A DNA stretch of 64,000 nucleotides from Terriglobia bacterium (GTDB lineage: Bacteria > Acidobacteriota > Terriglobia > 20CM-2-55-15): positions 896,001 through 960,000 of the forward strand of contig CBDAOY010000008.1 of NCBI GenBank assembly GCA_965198225.1, read 5' to 3'. The position numbers and the translations under genes were made by a program. Each line of letters begins with the position of its first letter. The stretch's first letter is position 1. The notes under the pieces are model-generated. The model had not been told where the DNA came from, searched no databases, and was given only the letters and a program-made list of their open reading frames with translations. Positions 28,017-37,397 of the stretch are shown piece after piece.

Positions 28017-30653
28017 TTAGCTCTCGTCTGCCTTGTCCTTCAAATCAGCCAGTATCTGCAGGGCGTCGATCGGCTTGACCTGATCCAAATCCAGGTCGCG
28101 CACACGTGCCCGAAGCTCTTCCTCCTCTGGGGAAAAGAGCGCTAGCTGATTGATAACGATACGTTTCTTCCGTCTGGCACGGACCGTCAGATTATCCGAC
28201 AATTCATGCTCGGTTTCCTCATGTTTTTTCAATATTTCTCGGGCACGTCTGATGACTGAAGGAGGGATGCCTGCCAACCGGGCCACTTCTATGCCATAAC
28301 TCCGGTCTGCGGCCCCGGCGGCGACCTTTCGCAGGAAAATGATCCGATTCTCGGTTTCTTTGACCGTCAGGTGGAAGTTCCGGATGCCCGGCAGGAGATC
28401 CGCCAGTTCCGTGAGTTCATGGTAATGCGTTGCAAATAAGGTTTTTGCGTGTATGTGTGCCTGAATGTGTTCCACGACGGCCCAGGCGATGGACAGCCCG
28501 TCAAAGGTGGCTGTGCCACGCCCGACCTCGTCGAGGATGATCAGACTCCGGGCGGTTGCCGAGTTCAGAATGATAGCCGCCTCGGTCATCTCGACCATGA
28601 AAGTCGAGCGTCCTCGGGCGAGATTGTCGGAGGCCCCGATTCGAGTAAAGACCCGGTCGATGATCGGCAACCTGGCGAACTGCGCCGGCACGAACGACCC
28701 CATTTGGGCCAGGATCACGATCAGCGCGTTCTGTCGGAGGTAAGTCGATTTACCGCCCATGTTGGGTCCGGTGATGATCTGGATTCGGCTGTCGCCCTCG
28801 TCCATGAACAGATCGTTCGGGACGAACCTTTCGGCGCGATGGTCCTCGGCCAGAGATTCGAGAACCGCGTGCCGACCGTTCCGAACGAGCAGGGACTCGT
28901 CGACGGCTGGTTCCGGACGCGAATAGGAAAAGCGTCGGGCCAGCAGGGCCAGTCCGGACAGGACATCCAGCTGCGCGACGACCGCCGCAGAGGCGCGAAT
29001 GCGAACCGACGCGGCGCCCAGCCGGTTCCGGACCTGCCCGAACAGCTCTTTTTCCAGGGCAACGAGCCGTTCTTCCGCGTTGAGAATCTTTTCCTCGTAC
29101 TCCTTCAGTTCCTGGGTGATGTAGCGCTCATGACCGACCAGCGTCTGCTTCCGAACATAGTCGTCCGGAACAAGATGCAGATTGGCCCTAGAGACCTCGA
29201 TGTAGTAGCCGAAGACCTTGTTGAATCGAACCTTCAGAGATCCGATGCCGGTCTGCTTCTTCTCTCTCTGTTCGAGGCTCGCGAGGTAGGCCTTGCTGTG
29301 GAGCGAGACGCCCCGAAGTTCATCCAGGGTCGAATCGTAACCATCTCGGATCACACCACCATCGGCGAGAGTAACGGAAGGTTCGTCTTTGATCGATCGT
29401 TCCAGCAGCTGGCGCATGTCCTCGAGCTGGTCCATCCGGCCGGCGAGGGCTCCGAACCGCGGCGCCTTGAGCCTGCTCATCACACTGGCCAGCCCAGGCA
29501 GGAGCCCGAAAGCGGCTCTGAGCGCCACGAGTTCACGCGGGGTCGTGGTACCGACGGTAACCTTGCTCAGAAGCCGTTCGACGTCGGCCATCCCATCGAG
29601 CCCGTTCCGGAGCTCCTCGAGCAGTGCACTCGCGCCGATCAGCTCCTCGACCGCATCCAGGCGGTGTGTGATCTCCTCGCGCTCGATTGAGGGGCGCAGT
29701 AGCCAGATTCGGATGAGCCTCGCCCCCATCCCGGTTGCCGTGTGATCGATGACTCCGAGCAGGGTCTCGCTGCGGTCCCCGCCTGTGGAAGATTCGAGTA
29801 GCTCGAGGTTCCTTATGGAAGAGGCGTCCAGCACCATGTAGTCGGACGATTCCTCGCAGGTCAGTCCGCTGATGTGTTCGAGTCCCGCCTTCTGCGTCTG
29901 ACGCGCGTAGTGCACCAGGGCACCGGCTGCTCCGATCGCCAGCGGTTTGTCCTGACATCCGAAACCGTCCAGGCTGGCTGTGGCAAACTGATCTCGAAGC
30001 AGGCGTGAGGCGGATTCCTCGTCGAAGAGCCAGTCGTCGAGGGGCGTACGTACGCAGCCGTCCAGAGCAGGCAGCTTCCCTTCATCGGACCGGGGAAAAA
30101 CCACTTCACGCGGTTTGAAGTGTTCTACGTCGAGCAAGAGCTGGTCCCGGCCTGAGCGGGCCTCAGACTCGCGTACCCGAAACTCGCCGGTCGATACGTC
30201 GATGAAGGCCGTCCCTAGCTGTCCTCCCCGTTCGAGGAACGCGAGAAGAAAGTTGTTTTCGCCTGATTGCAACACGTGCAAGTCCGTGATCGTGCCGGGA
30301 GTGACCACGCGCGTGACCTTGCGTGCCACGAGCTTGACGCCCTTCCTTGGCGGTTCCGTCTGATCACAGATCGCGACCTTATATCCCTTCCGGAGAAGAC
30401 GTGCGATGTACCCTTCGGCGGCATGATAGGGCACGCCGCACATGGGGATTCCCGAGCCTCGTTCCTTCTGACGTGCGGTGAGCGTGATGCCCAGCTCGCG
30501 CGATGCCGTGACGGCGTCGTCGAAGAAGAGTTCGTAGAAATCGCCCAGTCGAAACAGCAGGAGCGTGTCCGGCACTTCCTCCTTGATGGCATGGTACTGG
30601 CGCATCATAGGGGTCATCCCAGACCGGGAAGTCGGATCGGACTGGCTCGGCAT
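28017..30653 (-). CDS. mutS: DNA mismatch repair protein MutS
   Basis: TPMMRQY, GDFYELF, TGPNMGGKSTY, STFMVEM, DEVGRGT, SYGIEVA. Confidence 0.98.
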   Translation of the reverse strand: MPSQSDPTSRSGMTPMMRQYHAIKEEVPDTLLLFRLGDFYELFFDDAVTASRELGITLTARQKERGSGIPMCGVPYHAAEGYIARLLRKGYKVAICDQTEPPRKGVKLVARKVTRVVTPGTITDLHVLQSGENNFLLAFLERGGQLGTAFIDVSTGEFRVRESEARSGRDQLLLDVEHFKPREVVFPRSDEGKLPALDGCVRTPLDDWLFDEESASRLLRDQFATASLDGFGCQDKPLAIGAAGALVHYARQTQKAGLEHISGLTCEESSDYMVLDASSIRNLELLESSTGGDRSETLLGVIDHTATGMGARLIRIWLLRPSIEREEITHRLDAVEELIGASALLEELRNGLDGMADVERLLSKVTVGTTTPRELVALRAAFGLLPGLASVMSRLKAPRFGALAGRMDQLEDMRQLLERSIKDEPSVTLADGGVIRDGYDSTLDELRGVSLHSKAYLASLEQREKKQTGIGSLKVRFNKVFGYYIEVSRANLHLVPDDYVRKQTLVGHERYITQELKEYEEKILNAEERLVALEKELFGQVRNRLGAASVRIRASAAVVAQLDVLSGLALLARRFSYSRPEPAVDESLLVRNGRHAVLESLAEDHRAERFVPNDLFMDEGDSRIQIITGPNMGGKSTYLRQNALIVILAQMGSFVPAQFARLPIIDRVFTRIGASDNLARGRSTFMVEMTEAAIILNSATARSLIILDEVGRGTATFDGLSIAWAVVEHIQAHIHAKTLFATHYHELTELADLLPGIRNFHLTVKETENRIIFLRKVAAGAADRSYGIEVARLAGIPPSVIRRAREILKKHEETEHELSDNLTVRARRKKRIVINQLALFSPEEEELRARVRDLDLDQVKPIDALQILADLKDKADES

Positions 30654-30755
30654 CGAGGATCCTTCCCTTGCAGGTTTACTGGAGATCGGCCGCCGCCACC
30701 GGCGGCCAGCCAGCAGTTTATAATATGGCATGCCTATCCGAGGTCCCGGAGGCCC

Positions 30756-31421
30756 ATGAACGTCCTGGCGGTCGACACCAGTTCCGAAAGGGGAAGCGTC
30801 GCCATCATCGGCGATGGACAAGTCCTGGGTGAGGTCCGCCTCGTTTCCTCGATTCAGCACTCCGAACGGTTGTTCCGGTCGATCGATTTCCTATTCGACC
30901 ACGTCGAAATCACGCTCGAAGACATCGACGTCTTCGCGGCCGCCCGTGGACCGGGTTCTTTTACGGGGTTGAGAGTCGGTCTGGCCGCGATGGAGGGGTT
31001 CGCTTTCGCAAACGACAAGCCCGCCGTCGGCGTTTCCACGCTGGCGGCAATGGCATGGCAGGTCGAGGAGCCGAACACCCCGTTGGCGCCGATGCTGGAC
31101 GCCAGGCGCGGGGAGGTCTACGGCGCATTGTTCGAGAGGCACGGGGAGGAACTCGTTGAACTGCGACATGCGGTCGTGCTACAACCCGCCGAGTGGTTTT
31201 CCTGTTTGACGGAGAGCCGGGTTCTTTTTTGCGTGGGGGACACCTCAGACGCTAAGCTTCCGACGGAGCATCCCAGGGATTGGGAAGTGGTGCCGATCGA
31301 CCCATATCTGTCCGTCACGATCGCTGGGATGGCATCGACGTCGAATCGGGAGCCTCTCGAACCTCTCTACGTCCGAAAACCCGACGCCGAGGTCAAGCGG
31401 AATGAAAGCGGTCCCCGTTAG
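30756..31421 (+). CDS. tsaB: tRNA t6A biosynthesis protein TsaB
   Basis: LAVDTS, HSERL, GPGSFTGLRVG, DARRGEVY, PLYVR. Confidence 0.95.
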   Translation: MNVLAVDTSSERGSVAIIGDGQVLGEVRLVSSIQHSERLFRSIDFLFDHVEITLEDIDVFAAARGPGSFTGLRVGLAAMEGFAFANDKPAVGVSTLAAMAWQVEEPNTPLAPMLDARRGEVYGALFERHGEELVELRHAVVLQPAEWFSCLTESRVLFCVGDTSDAKLPTEHPRDWEVVPIDPYLSVTIAGMASTSNREPLEPLYVRKPDAEVKRNESGPR

Positions 31422-31878
31422 GGTGCGCTCGGCACGCGCCGGCGACATCGACCGAATCATCGAGATTGAACGTTCCTGGGTGCACCTGTCGCACTGGTCC
31501 GTCGATGCCTACCAGCGGTTGCTGAACGAGGACAATTTCACGTCGAGTTTCGTCGGTGAAATCGAGACCGGAGAAGAGGAGCCTGCGATCGTCGGGTTCG
31601 TCATCTTTCACGTCGCCGATCGCATTTCCGAAATCTATAACATCGCCGTCGACCGAACCTATGCGCGGGATGGAGTCGGAACTTACATGATGAACGCCGT
31701 GATCGAAGCGTCCCGCCAGGAGGGAGCCCGGAAGCTGATGCTGGAGGTCCGGAAGTCGAATTCGGGCGCCATCAAGTTCTACAGCCGGTTCCAGTTCTCG
31801 ATCGCCGGAGAACGACACAACTACTACTCAAGCCCGGTCGAAGACGCGTATGTCATGGAGCGGGACCTGCGGTTCTGA
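31402..31878 (+). CDS. rimI: Ribosomal protein S18-alanine N-acetyltransferase
   Basis: GNAT motifs NIAVD, LEVRKSN..A..FY, R.NYY..PVEDAYVM; follows tsaB. Confidence 0.9.
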   Translation: MKAVPVRVRSARAGDIDRIIEIERSWVHLSHWSVDAYQRLLNEDNFTSSFVGEIETGEEEPAIVGFVIFHVADRISEIYNIAVDRTYARDGVGTYMMNAVIEASRQEGARKLMLEVRKSNSGAIKFYSRFQFSIAGERHNYYSSPVEDAYVMERDLRF

Positions 31879-32032
31879 CAGGAGTTGGTCCGGGAAGAAG
31901 AAGGAGCGGTGTTCTTAAAGTGTTGATTCATTGGAGCGTAAATTGTGTTTCCGTTGAATCGGAATCGTGCGTATGGTACGGTGACGCGGGATTGTTCCGG
32001 AACCTTCTAGACTGTCGAGGAGGCGCTGCCTA

Positions 32033-32275
32033 ATGACAAGAGACGAGGAGATCAAAGAGTACCTGAGCTCCAACAACCCGGATTTCAAACGCCTGGTCGA
32101 AGAACATCAGTCCTATGACAACAAGCTCCGAGAGTTGGCCAACCGACCGCACGTCTCGGGACAGGAGCAGATCGAGCAAGTCCAGCTGAAGAAGAAAAAA
32201 CTCTTTCTCAAAGATCAAATGAGCAAGATGATTCAGCAGTTCCGCCAGGACCAGGTGAGTCATCAGCATCCGTAA
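32033..32275 (+). CDS. DUF465/YdcH-like small coiled-coil protein
   Basis: FKRLVEEHQSYD...LKKKKLFLKDQM; SD GAGGAGG. Confidence 0.85.
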   Translation: MTRDEEIKEYLSSNNPDFKRLVEEHQSYDNKLRELANRPHVSGQEQIEQVQLKKKKLFLKDQMSKMIQQFRQDQVSHQHP

Positions 32276-32438
32276 ACGGTTCCGAGGGGCGGCGACGCCC
32301 GTCCCGTTTCGGCCCTCCTATTCCGAGTATCACCTTCTATTCTCGATTCAAGCTTGATATGAATGATCTTGCTGGTTTGGAGCGGCTGCGGTTTCAGACT
32401 CTGACGCACCGGCCCGCGATACGTCTGACGCTCGACCG

Positions 32439-33047
32439 ATGGTCAAAGACGCATTCTTCTTCCTGATTCCGTTGCTAGCCGGAGCGGTGGTCGCGTTGTG
32501 GGTCGGCTGGAACGCCGTCGGCGCAGGCCTGCTGACCCTCCTCGGTTTTGTTGCGTACTTCTTCAGGGATCCGGAGCGTTCGATCACTTCGGACACCTCG
32601 ATTATTGTGTCTCCGGCCGACGGGAGAGTCGTTAGAATAGAAAAACAGGGAGCTGCGACCCGCATCAGCATCTTTCTGTCGATATTCAACGTGCACGTGA
32701 ACCGTTCCCCCATGGGAGGAACCGTCGCCGATGTCGAGTATCGGAAGGGCCGGTTTCGGGCGGCTTTCAACCACTTGGCGAGCGTCGAGAACGAACAGAA
32801 CACGTTGACCATCCGGGGCAACGGTCTCGAGATCGCGTGCTCGCAGATCGCTGGGCTCGTGGCTCGACGGATCGTTTGCTGGAAGAAACCTGGCGATTCG
32901 GTGCACAAAGGAGAACGCATCGGGTTGATTCGTTTCGGCTCGCGCGTCGATTTGCTGCTGCCCGCACAGGCGTCACCGACGGTCCAGGTGGGCGACAAGG
33001 TACTGGGAGGAAGTTCCGCAATAGCACGCCTGACCACATCAGCATGA
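32439..33047 (+). CDS. psd: Phosphatidylserine decarboxylase proenzyme (short type)
   Basis: FFRDPER, SPADG, VHVNR, QIAGLVARRI, FGSRVD self-cleavage motif. Confidence 0.95.
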   Translation: MVKDAFFFLIPLLAGAVVALWVGWNAVGAGLLTLLGFVAYFFRDPERSITSDTSIIVSPADGRVVRIEKQGAATRISIFLSIFNVHVNRSPMGGTVADVEYRKGRFRAAFNHLASVENEQNTLTIRGNGLEIACSQIAGLVARRIVCWKKPGDSVHKGERIGLIRFGSRVDLLLPAQASPTVQVGDKVLGGSSAIARLTTSA

Positions 33048-33910
33048 CGACCTCTTCAAAGCCTCACAGCAGGCAACGGCTCCGGGACAGACCCCGAATC
33101 CGCACCGGTTTGTCGATAATTCCCAGTCTGTTCACGATCGGGAACATGTTTTGCGGCTATTACTCCATCGTATCCACGCTGCGGGAAAACTACGACGTGG
33201 CGGCCATCGCGATCGGAGTGGGCGCGGTGCTCGACCTCCTCGATGGCCGGATCGCCCGACTGACCAACACCACGAGCGACTTCGGACTCGAATTGGATTC
33301 TCTCGCGGATGTGTTGACGTTCGGTATCGCGCCCGCCGTGCTGGCGCTGAACTGGGGAATCGGGTCGCTGGCCGGGCTCCCGGCCGAGATCACGCAGGAC
33401 GTCTACAAGTTTGGGTGGCTGAGCACGTTCGGCTTCCTGATGTGCGGGGCCCTGCGTCTGGCTCGGTTCAACATTCAGGCGCGCAAGCCGGTCGACGAGT
33501 CGACGTCGAGGAGGGATTTCGTCGGACTGCCGATTCCGGCTGGCGCCGCCGTGATCGCGGCGATCGTTCACTTTGGCAAGAACCCGATCCTGCAGGTCGG
33601 CTCGGCGCTCCTTTGGTGTTTGCTCGTGGCATTGCTGGCTTTCCTGATGATCAGTCGCGTTCGCTACCCCAGCTTCAAAGCGTTCGACCTGAAGAAGCCG
33701 CAGCCGCGCACGACGATCGTGGGAACCGCGATGCTGATCGGCCTGATCTTCTTCTTCTCCGAGATCGTACTCCTGTCACTGGCAACGGCCTACCTGGCCT
33801 CCGGCCCCGTGGCCCGCATGTCCCAGGCTGTGCGCCGCCTCGTGTCATCTCCCGAGGAAGCCGGGGACATTACCGAACCGCACGTTGAGGGGCGCGGAGA
33901 CCTGTTGTGA
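33044..33910 (+). CDS. pssA: CDP-diacylglycerol--serine O-phosphatidyltransferase
   Basis: DLLDGRIAR...GLELDSLADVLTFG CDP-alcohol motif, LRLARFN, FVGLPIP. Confidence 0.95.
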   Translation: MTTSSKPHSRQRLRDRPRIRTGLSIIPSLFTIGNMFCGYYSIVSTLRENYDVAAIAIGVGAVLDLLDGRIARLTNTTSDFGLELDSLADVLTFGIAPAVLALNWGIGSLAGLPAEITQDVYKFGWLSTFGFLMCGALRLARFNIQARKPVDESTSRRDFVGLPIPAGAAVIAAIVHFGKNPILQVGSALLWCLLVALLAFLMISRVRYPSFKAFDLKKPQPRTTIVGTAMLIGLIFFFSEIVLLSLATAYLASGPVARMSQAVRRLVSSPEEAGDITEPHVEGRGDLL

Positions 33911-34884
33911 CCCGGTCGGGTCCGACTACCCGCGTCACGATCGTCGGCTCCACTTCTCCCCTCGGCAAGGAGGTGCGGGACCTCCTCGAGCGGAGCGATA
34001 GCTTCCGTCCCCATTTGACCCTTCTGGACACGGACGACTACGCCGGCCTGCTGCAGGAATTCGCCGGCAAGATCGAGGTGACTCAAGCCATTTCGCCGGA
34101 ACGGCTGGCGGACTCGGATGTCGCGCTGCTGAGCTGCGAGCCCGCAATCATCGAGCAGTACGACCAGAGCGGAGCGGCGCTGCCGGACGCCACCGTCGAC
34201 CTGACAGACGGAGGCAGAGGGGGGCGTCTTTTCGTGGCGCCTCGATCGAGGACGGACACCTACGCGCCGGCTCCCTATGTGGCGCCTCGGGTGGCGACGC
34301 TGGTCCTGGGCGAGGTGCTCTCCCGTTGTCATGACACTTTCGGCATCGACGGTTGTACCGCCACCGTGCTCGAACCCGTTTCGGAGCGGGGAGGGAAAGG
34401 GATTCGCGACCTGGAGGAGCAGACAGCCGGTATCCTGAATTTCAAGGCCGGGACCGACGGAGGCGCGCAACTCGCGTTCAATGTCCTTGGTCCCGATGAG
34501 GATGCCCGTAACCGGGAGGCGCGCGTCGCATCCGAGATCTCGTGCCTGTGTCCGGGTTGCCCCGCTCCTTCGGTTCAGATTGCAACGGTTCCCATCTTTC
34601 AGGGGACGAGTTTTTCGCTGCACGTTCGGACGGAGCGCACCGTGGAAATCGGGAGACTCAAGGACGTTTTGAGCGGACCGGGCGGGATCTCCATCGCCTG
34701 GGACATCCGGCCGAGCAGCCTGTCGCCCGTCGCGGTAGTGGGCTCCGAAAGCATCCATGTGACACGGGCCGATGTGGAGGACCACGGAGCCCGAATCTGG
34801 CTCGTTGCCGACAATCTGAGACTTCCTGCGCTCAATGCGTGCCGACTGCTCGGACTACTCGAACGCATCCACCCCGACCGATGA
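33907..34884 (+). CDS. Aspartate-semialdehyde dehydrogenase-like (Usg-like) protein lacking catalytic residues
   Basis: Rossmann start VTIVGSTS, QLAFNVL, VPIF, WLVADNLR..ALNA; no NPNC motif. Confidence 0.78.
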   Translation: MTRSGPTTRVTIVGSTSPLGKEVRDLLERSDSFRPHLTLLDTDDYAGLLQEFAGKIEVTQAISPERLADSDVALLSCEPAIIEQYDQSGAALPDATVDLTDGGRGGRLFVAPRSRTDTYAPAPYVAPRVATLVLGEVLSRCHDTFGIDGCTATVLEPVSERGGKGIRDLEEQTAGILNFKAGTDGGAQLAFNVLGPDEDARNREARVASEISCLCPGCPAPSVQIATVPIFQGTSFSLHVRTERTVEIGRLKDVLSGPGGISIAWDIRPSSLSPVAVVGSESIHVTRADVEDHGARIWLVADNLRLPALNACRLLGLLERIHPDR

Positions 34885-35759
34885 GGGTTTCCGGTTACCT
34901 CGCGGCCGGTTTCACCCTCGCCTCACGCCGCCTCCACCTGGTGTTCCTGGACTTGATCTCCAAGCTGCTCTGGATCGCGGTCACTCTCGGCGTGTTCTGG
35001 TTGGCCGGCATCTGGTTCTCATCCCGGGCGCTGCTAAGCGGCGACGATCTGCGGGCGTTCGAGACTGGCATTGCGCCCCTCGCGCTGGCTGGCGTGGTCC
35101 GGGTAGTCCTTGAGAACGCCGAGACCCTCGGATGGAATCTGGGCGTTGCCGCCGCCGCGTCCTGTGGCTGGTGGTTCGTCGCCGAGGCTTTCGTCCGGGC
35201 GGGCATGCTCCCACTTTCCGGAAACAGCTTTTACCGCAACGCGCTGGGCAACTTTTCCGTCTGTCTGGCCTCGGGTCTGATTCGAAGAAGCATCATGGGG
35301 TCGGCGGGGCTTCTTCTGGGCCTGATCATCTTTGGACCTCTCCTGACAGCTCCCCTCGGAGAATGGGGGCAGGCGTTGCCGGACATCGGATGGCCAGCGC
35401 TCGCCGGAAGCACTCTCATTGCCGTCCTGGCCTTCGCCTTGATCCTGCTGGACACACTCCTTCGCAATGATGCGCTCGAAGTGGCCGGCGATCAACTCGG
35501 CCAGGTCCTTGGCGTCGTCGGCACGCTCGTCCTGTTTGAAGCGTCGCTGCTGGCCTCGGCCGCGTTGCTGGTGGGCGTGTCTTTCGGAATGACCGGCGGG
35601 GCCACAGGGGTATCGGGTGTGTTGCTCCTGGCGCTGATCCTGATTGCGGCCTCGAGCGCAGCGCACAGCTACCTGCTTCTCGTGCGCTACTACTCAGTTG
35701 GTATAATGCGATCCTACATTCATACGGAGCGAATCAAGCAATATGGCAGCGACGTCTGA
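34881..35759 (+). CDS. Hypothetical multi-pass membrane protein
   Basis: About 6 hydrophobic segments; ATGA-coupled to the upstream gene; overlaps the guaA start. Confidence 0.7.
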   Translation: MRVSGYLAAGFTLASRRLHLVFLDLISKLLWIAVTLGVFWLAGIWFSSRALLSGDDLRAFETGIAPLALAGVVRVVLENAETLGWNLGVAAAASCGWWFVAEAFVRAGMLPLSGNSFYRNALGNFSVCLASGLIRRSIMGSAGLLLGLIIFGPLLTAPLGEWGQALPDIGWPALAGSTLIAVLAFALILLDTLLRNDALEVAGDQLGQVLGVVGTLVLFEASLLASAALLVGVSFGMTGGATGVSGVLLLALILIAASSAAHSYLLLVRYYSVGIMRSYIHTERIKQYGSDV

Positions 35760-37275
35760 GGAAATCCTGATCCTGGATTTCGGCTCGCAATACACACAGC
35801 TGATCGGGAGGAGGATTCGTGAGGCGCACGTCTACTCGGAAATCCTGCCCTTTCACACGCCGCTCGACGCGCTCCGGGAACGCCGGCCCAAGGGCATCAT
35901 TCTTTCCGGCGGGCCCAGCTCGGTCTATGAAACGGATGCGCCCGTCTGCTGCCCAGAGCTGTACGACATGGGAGTTCCTATCCTTGGCGTCTGTTACGGC
36001 ATGCAACTCCTGGCCAAGGATCTCGGCGGGAGAGTCGAACCGGCCGAGCAGCGGGAATACGGCCACGGGGAGCTACAGCGTTCCGGCGACTCCGCCCTTC
36101 TGAACGGACTGAAGCGGGTCTGGATGAGTCACGGCGATCGGATCCTGGAGCCCCCTCCGGGTTTTGCAGTTACCGCTCGCACCGATACGACGACGGCGGT
36201 CATCGAGAATCCCGGAAAAAAGATCTTCGGCGTTCAGTTTCACCCTGAGGTCGTGCACACGGAAAACGGAGCGGAATTGATCCGTCGCTTCATCTTTGAC
36301 ATATGCAGGTGTTCCGGAAACTGGACGCTCGGTTCTTTCCTGGAAGAAGAGGTCAAACGGATTCGCGCCCAGGTCGGCGAGGGACGGGTGCTCTGTGCCA
36401 TCAGCGGCGGGGTCGACTCCACGGTTGCCGCCACTCTTGTCTCGCGCGCGATCGGCGATCGACTGGTCTGTATCTTTGTCAACACGGGTCTTCTTCGGAT
36501 GCGGGAGTACGAGAAGGTCCTGTCGACGCTCCGAGACAACCTGCAACTCAACGTTCGCGGCGTCGACGCGTCGGAGCGCTTCCTGAAACTGCTTCAAGGG
36601 GTTATCGATCCGGAGCAGAAGCGGAAGATCATCGGACGAGAATTCATCAAGGTGTTCGAGGAAGAAGCTGCGCGTATCGGTTCGGTCGATTTCCTGGCCC
36701 AGGGAACCCTCTATCCGGATGTCATCGAATCGGTGTCGGTGCGGGGGCCGTCCCGGACGATCAAGTCGCATCACAACGTCGGCGGCCTGCCCGAGAAGAT
36801 GCACCTGGAACTGGTCGAACCCCTCCGCGAGCTCTTCAAGGACGAAGTGCGGCAGCTCGGCGTGGAGATGGGTTTGGCCGAGGAGTTGGTATGGCGTCAG
36901 CCGTTTCCGGGGCCAGGTCTGGGTATCCGGATCATGGGCGAAATCACACCGGAAAACATACGCATCCTTCAGGAGTCCGACGACATCCTTATCACCGAAA
37001 TCAAAGAGGCCGGTCTCTACCGTGACATCTGGCAATCGTTTGCCGTGCTCCTGCCGATCAAGAGTGTCGGAGTCATGGGAGATGTCCGGACCTACGAGTA
37101 CACCGTGGCCATTCGGGCGGTCACCAGTACCGACGGTATGACCGCGGATTGGGGCCGCCTCCCATACGATCTGCTCGGTCGAATCGCCAACCGTATCGTG
37201 AATGAAGTCCACGGAGTAAACCGTGTCGTCTACGACATCACGTCAAAGCCCCCGGCGACGATCGAATGGGAGTAG
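35743..37275 (+). CDS. guaA: GMP synthase (glutamine-hydrolysing)
   Basis: [42 protein letters not shown]. Confidence 0.98.
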   Translation: MAATSEEILILDFGSQYTQLIGRRIREAHVYSEILPFHTPLDALRERRPKGIILSGGPSSVYETDAPVCCPELYDMGVPILGVCYGMQLLAKDLGGRVEPAEQREYGHGELQRSGDSALLNGLKRVWMSHGDRILEPPPGFAVTARTDTTTAVIENPGKKIFGVQFHPEVVHTENGAELIRRFIFDICRCSGNWTLGSFLEEEVKRIRAQVGEGRVLCAISGGVDSTVAATLVSRAIGDRLVCIFVNTGLLRMREYEKVLSTLRDNLQLNVRGVDASERFLKLLQGVIDPEQKRKIIGREFIKVFEEEAARIGSVDFLAQGTLYPDVIESVSVRGPSRTIKSHHNVGGLPEKMHLELVEPLRELFKDEVRQLGVEMGLAEELVWRQPFPGPGLGIRIMGEITPENIRILQESDDILITEIKEAGLYRDIWQSFAVLLPIKSVGVMGDVRTYEYTVAIRAVTSTDGMTADWGRLPYDLLGRIANRIVNEVHGVNRVVYDITSKPPATIEWE

Positions 37276-37285
37276 TGGGGGCAGT

Positions 37286-37366
37286 CGTAGGCCGTTACCC
37301 GTTGTCCGTTGAAGACCGCCCTCCGGCAACTGATAACAGCCTACGCACAACGGCCTACGCGTTTTT
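37286..37366 (+). terminator. Possible terminator or palindromic element after guaA
   Basis: CGTAGGCCGTT...AACGGCCTACG inverted arms followed by a short T-run. Confidence 0.4.
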
Positions 37367-37397
37367 AAAGGAAGTTCGGATCGGTTGAGGAACAATT

